Of a DNA stretch of 57,612 nt, positions 48,471-57,612 are shown in pieces. Source of the stretch: Selaginella moellendorffii (taxonomy: Eukaryota; Plantae; Lycopodiophyta); the NCBI RefSeq assembly GCF_000143415.4, contig NW_003314292.1:677277-734888 (forward strand), given 5' to 3'. Numbering within the stretch: position 1 is the stretch's first letter; the number at the start of each line of letters is the position of its first letter. The notes under the pieces were generated by a model. The model was not told the origin of the DNA. It saw nothing but the letters and a program-made list of their open reading frames with translations, and searched no databases. The position numbers and the translations under genes are program-made.

Positions 48471-49015
48471 TGAGAGGGTGAAAGCCCAAAGCGTTTGTCT
48501 CCCAGACCCTGGGGGGTTTGGTGAGCTCCAAAAGTATAGTAGGGGGAGGACTGCAGTGGAGCCAGTTTGGCCAAGAAAGGCCAGTTTGGCCCAGGAAGGC
48601 CGGACCCAGTGTTGGGTGATGAGCTGCCCACTGGGAAGTCCAAGACTAGAGTGAACACGGACCGACAAGCGGGGTAACTTGGTGAAGTGTTCAAGAGCCG
48701 GCTCTAGTTCCCCCGGGAAATCGACTGGCCGATGCTCCCAGTCCAAGTGTGGGTGGCACTACCTACTTGGATACCTGGTGTGGCTCAACGGAACCTCGCT
48801 CTAAGCCTATGGCTAGAGCACCTAAAGACGAAAGGCGGGGAGAGTACCCATGAGGCTTGCGTAAGGCTGCGGTGTTCCGAAATGGTGTCCCAAAGTCCCA
48901 GACTGTGGAAAGGAAGAGGGTAGCCCTCCAGTGTGGTGACCAAGGACACCACATTGAACGAAGAGATTCTTACATAAATGACCTGCCGTCTCCACAGCCC
49001 CTTGTAAGCTTTTTT

Positions 49016-49115
49016 NNNNNNNNNNNNNNNNNNNNNNNNNNNNNNNNNNNNNNNNNNNNNNNNNNNNNNNNNNNNNNNNNNNNNNNNNNNNNNNNNNNNN
49101 NNNNNNNNNNNNNNN
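49016..49115. other. Assembly gap (100 N) inside the 5' LTR
   Basis: Run of N. The sequence just before it (~48950-49015) departs from the sister LTR. Confidence 0.99.
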
Positions 49116-52100
49116 TCCCCATGTCTGTAGGCATCCTAAGGATGTTAAGGAGTGGATCTGGGATGACCACTCATGGATGGATGACCCAGTCTTTGAGAGA
49201 CGGGATTGGAATGTAGGTGGTGTTGGACCACCAGTGTGACCAAGGTAAATGGGCATGGCCTTAGCATAATGGGCCGATATGTCGATGGTACCTTGGGGTG
49301 TTGATCATGGGATCGGACACGTGGAGCACTTGGACCAAGTGCTAAGGTTGAGTGGCATGGATGCCATTCTCGGGGCTAGCAAGCCCCAAGTCCTGAGTTG
49401 GGCTTATGGAGGTTGTGAATGAGACTCCTCCAAGTGGTCGGAGGTGTGGTTAAGTGACTAAACTAGAATGGAAAAATTAGTCGCTTACAATTTGGTATCG
49501 GAGCTGTTCCTTAGTCCGACTTTTATTGGTGCTCAAGTATATCACCACTAGTGTTGGCATCGGAAGGTCCGAGGAGTGGGCCTATCCTTGAGGAGTAGCA
49601 AGTCGGGAAGACATGGCTCTCCATTACAGTTCATGTGTGAACTTGTAGACAAGGTGGTGGATAGAAAAGGGCCAATAATGGAACGACTTTGGGATCTTGG
49701 GAACAGTATATGGTTTTCCTCAAAGAGTTGAGGATGTGATCCAGATGAGCGTTTGACTTAGCAAACTGGCTAATGTAGTTGTGGTAAACAACTACAGTTG
49801 GGATCACAGGAAAGATAAAGACTCCAAAGCAATAAAGGAGTCACAAGATTTTCCTCATATAGTTGAGGTTGGTGCTCATGAATGTGAGACCAGAAGTAAT
49901 GACCGTGGGAGGTCAAATACGGAAGAGGACTCAAGTCCTTGAAAAGGTAGCCGGGGCTACCTCTAATAAATGCTGGAACAACCCAAGGAGTTGGGGGTGT
50001 ATTAAGTGGATGAGTTGGTGTTCTCATCACATGGACAAGTAGTCATAAGGGGCAAAGGTTGCCCCCAGAGAACAAAATCAAGTGTCAGAGTAACACTTGT
50101 GAAAATAGTCCTTTTGAGTAGGATAGGAATGCAAGAAGTGTATTCCAGTGAGCTAGTGCCTCACAAGTAGGACCTTACGGGTCTGTGGATTAACCAAGTC
50201 CAAAACTGCTGGATGACTCAAATAGAGTCAATGGATGGTCCTAAAAGGACTGATGGAAGCATTTGGACTGAGGTGTGTTGTACCCCACAAAGGATGAGGG
50301 GGGATCATAGGATCCAAGGATGAGAACAGAGGGTATCTCATTAATGGCAAAATGTGCCATGCTAAAGTTATGGGAAAGGTGTTCCCAGAAGAAAACAACT
50401 TTGACATAAAGTTGTGTGTGACTTCTATGGTGCAGTGCTAACGGATGGTTGGCATGAGAAAGAGCGGTGTTGGTCTTGGCAAAGACTTAGACACGAAGGG
50501 GAAATGTCATAGAGGTAGGCTCGTGGAGCCGCTGGTGTGGAGACACCAAATGTGCCAAGGTGTGATACCTTGAAGCTATGTTGGTGGGTTCATGAGAACC
50601 CCTTGCCAAAGGAATCCCAATGGAAATGGGAATAGCATAGCCTAAGCTGCAGAGCATGTAGTTGGAGTGTGGTGACCCAGATAATGATGGAGGTGTGAAA
50701 GCACCAAACAATGAGTTATAGGACTTGACAACTATGAGGTAACTAAGTAAGAGGTGCAAAATAACTGGTTAAACGGGTAGAAGGTAACTACCCAAGACTT
50801 CTTAATAACAGAGGGAAGTTGGATATACCCTTACGGGGGATAAGTTGCTTGTGTTGCGATATAGTAAGTCAATGTCATAAAAGGAAATACTTATTGTCAA
50901 GAAAGCCATCATTGGGACACCCGAACACTCTAGAACACCAGAAGGTGGTGTTTGATGTCGCGAGGGCAATGGATAAAGCCCAAGGGACTAAGTCCCTAGC
51001 GAATGATGGATAGAAGGTGCTATCCAAATGTCCAAGGTTGCGGAGACAGAAGAGGACTGTCTACCCGAGTTGGACAAAGCCAAAAATGGAATTTTGGCAA
51101 GGCTAGTGATGGGCATGTAAAGGCCCATAAGCAACAATGTAATCCCAGTGTGTGGGATTATAAGGTGAGCATACCCGGATTGAGGAACCACTCCCTAGGC
51201 TATTGGGTAGGTTCATCCCTAAGAATACTTGCTAAAGCATGATAGAAAGTGCAAAGCTATCCTCCTGGTTTGGAGGAGAATGACCAAAGGAAAGGTGTGA
51301 AGCCAAAAAGCAAGAAGTAAGGGGATAGAACCGAACCGTAAGAATCAAAGGGCATAACCAAGGTTGGTTATGCCAGCTGGGAGTGGAGAATCAAGTGGGG
51401 GCTCGAGGGTGTTGCCGCTAGCAACCGTGATGCCATGGAGAGTCTAAAATATGGAATTGTCCATGTTAGACTATGTGGCATTTGGAAGGCTTGCAAAAAG
51501 GGAGGCCTTAGCAAGCTGAGGGACAGAGTTCCTTCAAGGTTCCCAAAGACGATTCTAGGTAGCTTAGTACCTAGAAAGGCCAAGTGTAAATGGTTCATGG
51601 AACGCGCGAAATCAGAGTAGCGCAGCAGAAGCGTGGTCTTGAAGCTTGCCATGAGGCAAGGCTATCAAGGTTAGGGAAGTAGTTCCCGAGTGTTCAAAGA
51701 GAGGGCTTTGAACAAAAGTCGATGGTCAAGGACTTTCACGCTTATGCAGGAACCATGTTACAGTGGTCGGAGGACTTGCCAAGCGAGATTGGCACGTCGG
51801 GGGAACAAATACCCTAGTTGAAGGTGATAACTTCAAAAAGGGTGGGCCATGGGGCCGAGCATGGAGCAGTCCATGCATGATCACAGACATGTCAAGTGAG
51901 AGGACTTGGCAGTGTGGAGGAACTAGGTTCCTAAGCTGTGATCTGTAGCGCGCTTTAAAAATAAGTTGGTGCACCGGTGTGGGGAGTCACGCCAGGCATC
52001 TTGTGTGATGCCTTCCGTAGATGCATATACGGAGGTTGGGTTCGAGTCCCGACCCTCTAGTGCTTGGGTTCGAGTCCCAAATCACTAGGGCGTGGTGATG

Positions 52101-53814
52101 GTTTGGAATATGAGGACACTCATATTTCGGTGGTTATGGACTCTCAGTGGGGAGACTGGTTTGGGCACACCGCCAAGCGAGGGATGCCTCAGAGTCGTGA
52201 TGCACGGTTAGATTGCTTAGTGTGAAAGCTCAGCATATCTAACTTGAACGCTTTGGTGCAAGTGGCACCAAGGTCGTGGTGAGTGAGATGGGGACATCTA
52301 ATCTTAGTTGCTATGAACCCTTGGCCGTAAGGGCTGGCTTGGGTGCACTGCCAAGTGTGGGGGATGCCCCCGGGGTTATAGTCAACAACTTGGAGGTCTA
52401 GAAGACTAAGTACCTCTTGGCAACTCTGTTAAGGTGCCAAGGTGAGATCACTAGGTGATCTTATGGCCAGATAAGGACAAAGTCCTTGGTTGGCTAAGGA
52501 ATGAAGTTCCTGGTTCAAAATGTTGAAATTGAACTGTTTAAGGTGGTGTGGCTTGGTCGTGATGACCAAGTGGGAAGAGCACCTAAAGGAAATAAACTAT
52601 GTCCGTGCGATGGCATAGTGAGTCCGAGGAAAGTAGTCTCTATAAAAGACCCATGGGAGGGTCACGAAGTTGGGCCGTGGATAGAGCCCATAGCAGAAGA
52701 TGCTAAAGAGACGTACTAGGGGTGAACATCCTCCGGACTTGGCAAAGAAGAGTCTTTGCTATGGAACCGAAACAATACCTCAAGGAGGGAGGTAGAGATT
52801 CGATGTTGCTTGGTGCAACAATCAACGGATAGGAGCAAAAGATGAGTGGCCAAGATAGGGCCGTGGAATCCCTTGGAAGGAATCCAAGTGACAAAGTTAG
52901 GCGAGGAACACTAATGTGTTAGACGCTAACAAGTTGCGGAAAAGGAAGTGTGTTTCCAAGGAGGGATTCCGAAATGCTCTGGTTTGGCGAAAGTGGAAAC
53001 TCCAAGGGAGGGAGCGGTAAGGTAGCCAAATGATAGGGCCATGAACAGCCCTAGCACAAAGTATGATAACTGGAACTTTGGCACGAAATAGAAGAGAGGA
53101 TGATGGTGCCCTCGAGTAGAGAACTTCCTAGGATGGGAAGTGGAGTTGCATAAAAGGTGCAAGGCAAGGTGTCGGAGACACCTAGGAAATTGACTCCAAG
53201 AAGTCAAAATTCAAAGTTCCAAAGTGCAAAGGTTATATCGATGGAAATTGAGACTACTCGAGAAGGAGTAGTGGGATTGACTTAGAGAAGGGTCTCTAAG
53301 AGGTTTAGCGAGAACTAAACCAATAAAAGGAGAGAACCACTATATGTGGTCCAATCAGTCTCTAAGTTGGAGAGACTACCCTCCTTAGAGGATATGCAAA
53401 AGGCATGGTGAGCCTTTTATGTCCAACCATTGACGAATATGGAGAAGGCATGGTGAGCCTTCAATCTCACACCATTGACAAATATTGGCTACGCGCCAAG
53501 GATGGAAATGGTAACACATGCGGGTGTTACTTTATAAAATGGTTCACCGTTCGATGAGGACATCGAACTTCGTCTATGGGTGGTGGAGTTGTGAGACACA
53601 AAATCCCTAGGCCCCAAAGTGGAGCCGGAAGGGCACCACATGGTAGTGACCGAAGCGAGAGCCAAACAAGCGTAACACGTTTGGACCAAAAGCTCCGACT
53701 TGAAAAGTCAAGAGCGGGAGTGGAACTCCCAACGAAGTGCTCGAGGAACGAGCACGAAGCGAGCAAAAGGCGAGGCTCCAAAAAGGGACCCAAAAGGACC
53801 AACACATGACACGT

Positions 53815-54226
53815 GGGAGTGTCCAAGATGGACTCGAGTTGGAGTCCGAAGTGGAGTCCGAAGTGGAGTCTGAGATGGACCCGAGTTGGAGTCCGAAGTG
53901 GAGTCTGAGATGGACTCGAGTTGGAGTCCGAAGTGGAGTCCGAAGTGGAGTCCGAGATGGACCCGAGATGGAGTCCGAGATGGAGTCCGAAGTGGAGTCC
54001 GAGGTGGACCCGAGTTGGAGTCCGAAGTGGAGTCCGAGATGGACCCGAGATGGAGTCCGAGATGGAGTTCGAGATGGAGTCCGAGGTGGACCCGAGATGG
54101 ACCCGAAATGGAGTCCGAGATGGAGTCCGAGATGGACCCGAGATGGAGTCCGAGATGGAGTCCGAGATGGACCCGAGATGGACCCGAGATGGAGTCCGAG
54201 ATGGAGTCCGAGATGGAGTCCGAAGT

Positions 54227-54273
<47 letters not shown>

Positions 54274-54380
54274 TCGGGACCGAGATCGGGACCGAGACCG
54301 AGACCGAGGCCGAGGCCGAGACCGAGCCCGAGCCCGAGTCCGAGTCCGAGTCCGAGTCCGAGTCCGAGTCCAAGTCCGGA
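53815..54380 (+). repeat. Same tandem array in the 3' LTR, with different unit number and order
   Basis: Directly visible array. Confidence 0.95.
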
Positions 54381-57300
54381 GCCTGAGAGGGTGAAAGCCC
54401 AAAGCGTTCGTCTCCCAGACCCTGGGGGGTTTGGTGAGCTCCAAAAGTATAGTAGGGGGAGGACTGCAGTGGAGCCAGTTTGGCCAGGAAAGGCCAGTTT
54501 GGCCGAGGAAGGCCGGACCCAGTGTTGGGTGATGAGCTGCCCACTGGGAAGTCCAAGACTAGAGTGAACACGGACCGACAAGCGGGGTAGCTTGGTGAAG
54601 TGTTCAAGAGCCGGCTCTAGTTCCCCCGGGAGATCGACTGGCCGATGCTCCCAGTCCAAGTGTGGGTGGCACTACCTACTTGGATACCTGGTGTGGCTCA
54701 ACGGAACCTCGCTCTAAGCCCATGGCTAGAGCACCTAAAGACGAAAGGCAGGGAGAGTACCCATGAGGCTTGCGTAAGGCCGCGGTGTTCCGAAATGGTG
54801 TCCCAAAGTCCCAGACTGTGGAAAGGAACAGGGGTAGCCCTCTGGTGTGGTGACCAAGGACACAGTCACACAGTGAGGAAGTCCTAGAGGATAGTGGGAC
54901 TTAGTGGTCGGGCCGGTGGGCCTCGATCCAGTGGCAGTGTTGGCGAACACAGCCAAGGACAGAAAGGGACTTGGTGGGGACCGGAACAAAGATATTGGGG
55001 AAGGCTATTCCCCATGTCTGTAGGCATCCTAAGGATGTTAAGGAGTGGATCTGGGATGACCACTCATGGATGGATGACCCAGTCTTTGAGAGACGGGATT
55101 GGAATGTAGGTGGTGTTGGACCACCAGTGTGACCAAGGTAAATGGGCATGGCCTTAGCGTAACGGGCCGATATGTCGATGGTACCTTGGGGTGTCAATCA
55201 TGGGATCGGACACGTGGAGCACTTGGACCAAGTGCTAAGGTTGAGTGGCATGGATGCCATTCTCGGGGCTAGCAAGCCCCAAGTCCTGAGTTGGGCTTAT
55301 GGAGGTTGTGAATGAGACTCCTCCAAGTGGTCGGAGGTGTGGTTAAGTGACTAAACTAGAATGGAAAAATTAGTCGCTTACAACAAACTCTATAGTCCTT
55401 AATTGGCCCAGCTGCTGCATAGTTAGTCCAGTTTACCAAATTATGTCTACAGCCACAAAGTTATCTGAAGCATCTGTGTCAATAAAGATCTTAACAAAAC
55501 TATCTCCAAGCTTCTCTCAGAGGGTTAATAGATGTTGCAAATGACTCTCTACCAAAGTTGCTTACGTAATGAGTAACTTTGAGCTAAGTACTGGATTGTA
55601 TCTCAATTTAGATTTCACCCGACTTAATGGCCATATTGGCTCTAGCCTTCTTTGGGTAGGGACATTCCCTCGAAAAGTGTCATGCTTCACCGCAGGTGAA
55701 GTATACGTTGTTTCCCACACTACTAGCAGACTTGACCTTCTTATTTGTGGGTTTGTCCCTTTTCGCTTGACTCCCCTACGTACTTGCTCACTAGCCACCG
55801 GATCTGCCTTTCTAGAAACCTGAGGACTCATTCTTAGAGAAACTTTTCTTAAATTTCTCTTTGCCATATGTTCCCTTTGGTTTGGCCCCTTTGCTAAATA
55901 TGGACCCTAACCCCATTGTGTTTCCCTTTCGCAAGTTATCATTGAAATGCACCTTGATAGCTACATCCAATGCTTCCTTGTAGTTGGTCGGGTTCCAATG
56001 CATCACTTTGCCTTGAACCCAGATTTGTAAGCTTGACATGAAGGCATGGAATGCATCTATATTGCCCATGTTCGTGACAAGGATCCTCTTTGCCATGAAT
56101 GCATTCACATATTCTTGAATGGTTCCCATGTGTTTCAGCCTGCTCAGCTTATCCCTTAGGTGTACAGTAGCATTTGGTGGAACGTAAGTTGCATAGATCC
56201 TCACTTTCATCATTTCCCAAGTGGCCACCGGTCCTTTATTGGCCTCTATTGTTCTCTACCAAGACTTAGCATTATCAGCTAAGTATGGTTTTGCACATAG
56301 GACCTTCTCCAAGCTCGGTAACCGCAACACTTATAAGTAATCCTCTATATCGTAAAACTAATCTTCCACCACCTTATAGTCGTTCACTCCCTTGAAGATT
56401 AATGAGGGCTTTGGTTTGTACTTGGGAACTGTTTAGGGGATTAATTACACTTTAGTTTGTTTGACTTTGTTTGGTTCCGCCTTAGTCCTCACCAAAGGGT
56501 CCATACCTTCTACACTGCCAGCATTTGCAGTCTTTTGCTTTTTCTTCCACTTCTCATCACGCTTTAGCTTGCATACAAGAGTCTTTAGCAGAGCATTGAT
56601 CTGTGCCAGTTGTCCTTCTAGAACGTCCAATCAACCCTTGGACGACCAAACCTCACCACCGGACTCCTATTTGGAAGTTTCCTCACTGGAGACCTCCTCA
56701 TGTAAAGATTCCTCATCCATAAGTTTTTGTTCGACCGGAGGCTTCAACTGTAAAGGAGGTTCCATCTCTGCCTGGGTTCTTTTACACCCTACCTTTGCCA
56801 TCTCCCAACAATCTGTTTTTATCCTTCATTAAAACTTAAGAAAAGGCTTTGATACCAAATTGTAAGCCACAATTTTTTCCTTTTCAATTTGCCAGCTTAC
56901 CTCGTCTATCTGACCAACATTGCCTTGGCCTTAGTTAAATTCCCTCACCAAAGTTCCCACGTATTGTCTCAACTCCTACTTAGACCTACTTGGTTTCAAC
57001 TACTCATTACAAAATGTTAGCCATCCATCCACAGATTCCCAAATTTCTCCCAATCCCCCTCCTTGGGTTAGACTAGACTTAAGGTTCGGCTACACTCCCC
57101 GCAGGCACAAGCAACCAAACACACCAAGCCTTTAGATTCCTAACATCCTTTGGTATAACAAGACTTGATCATAAGACACTTTAATTCCCAAGCCTTAGAT
57201 GCAACACTTGTTTCAGGGCACTAAGGGGAAACAACATGGCTTAATAGCCCAGTATGAGTACCTCGACTCCCCCACTTCCATCCCAAAGGAAGGCCCAAGC

Positions 57301-57612
57301 CCCTAAGAAGGGGCGAAAACCAATGAGCCACAAGGTACTCAAATGGGGCACCATTTTACATAAGTGGGGAGCATTGTAGTTGGTTTCCCTTTCGGGATGG
57401 GAGTGGGAACTAATTTTGAGCACTTTCTTAGGTGGCCCCTCCGGCATTACCCGAGTCCATGCTCACTCCCACCCAAAGCCTCTAAGCCCTAGTGTCAACC
57501 TCAAGTTAGTTTGAAAGCATCACTAGAGAGTTCCTTCAAGATTGATTCCTCGACCTCACTATCCCTACTACACTTTTTGAACCCCCTATAGCCTCCACCC
57601 CCCCCCCCCCCC

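Larger units (their letters stand above)
47706..55382 (+). mobile_element. 7.7-kb non-autonomous LTR element (LARD-like): LTRs 47706-49489 and 53590-55382, 4.1-kb non-coding interior
   Basis: Highly similar TG...CA LTRs of ~1.8 kb; perfect TSD ACAAA (47701-47705, 55383-55387); PBS TGGTATCGGAGC; PPT GGGTGGTGGAGT. No gag/pol motifs recognised inside. Confidence 0.93.
43440..57612 (-). mobile_element. Decayed chromodomain-bearing Ty3/gypsy retrotransposon (chromovirus) hosting two nested elements
   Basis: 5' LTR from 56861 to beyond the window; Met PBS TGGTATCAAAGC (56846-56857); gag LRDKLSRLKH.GTIQEYV; protease IFIDTDASDNFV; RT MPFGLCNA and YIDDILIYS; RNase H; integrase; chromodomain start GEEEYEVEAILNA (~44040-44080); PPT GGTGGTGGAGT then TGTAAGG at 43473. 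Confidence 0.92.

Noticed and set aside
48612-48660. Hammerhead ribozyme (retrozyme) or 5S C-box in the LARD LTR (GGGTGATGAG...CTGGGAAGTCC)
   Set aside because: It lacks the CUGANGA and GAAA core. The 5S resemblance is two short words with the wrong spacing, too weak to call.
48950-49015. Unique insertion in the 5' LTR
   Set aside because: It lies immediately before the N gap and is most likely low-quality read-end sequence.
52031-52080. tRNA gene
   Set aside because: Only T-arms are present, with no acceptor, D or anticodon arms. Reported as a finding instead.
47664-54659. Long Ser/Asp-, Arg/Pro- and Leu/Gly-rich ORFs of up to 350 aa in several frames
   Set aside because: They arise from stop-poor tandem repeats in the LTRs and are open on both strands, so they are not credible proteins.

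Overview
Eukaryotic nuclear DNA from a land plant with a very compact genome. It is most likely a lycophyte such as Selaginella. This is inferred from 45-70 bp introns, tiny intergenic spaces, PLS-class PPR debris, and a ciliary WDR49/CFAP337-like gene among plant genes. The window has three zones. (1) 1-14.6 kb: the 3' end of an ABCI11-like gene, then nested decayed transposons (LINE remnant, Ty3/gypsy element split by a MITE and by a 3.8-kb LTR-bounded insertion, Cassandra LTR fragments). (2) 14.7-42.7 kb: a gene-dense island with a secreted PLAT protein, a duplicated cluster of atypical aspartic protease (pseudo)genes with a PPR fragment and a TRIM, VDAC, an EF-hand/WD40 gene, DMC1, a CLE-like gene, tRNA-Leu, LSm2, TAF7, tRNA-His, a USP-kinase, a BSD protein, a GPI-anchored LTP and a scrambled inverted VDAC duplicate. 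DMC1 and TAF7 each carry an AT-AC (U12) intron. (3) 43.4-57.6 kb: a decayed chromodomain Ty3/gypsy element hosting a complete 5S-bearing Cassandra TRIM and a 7.7-kb non-coding LARD-like element. The most interesting signals are shared cis-elements linking Cassandra, the LARD and the chromovirus, tandem tRNA T-arm/B-box hairpins, and a covarying WGGR-tetraloop hairpin just upstream of the polypurine tract (PPT) in six LTR elements. All alignments were made by eye and no searches were run.
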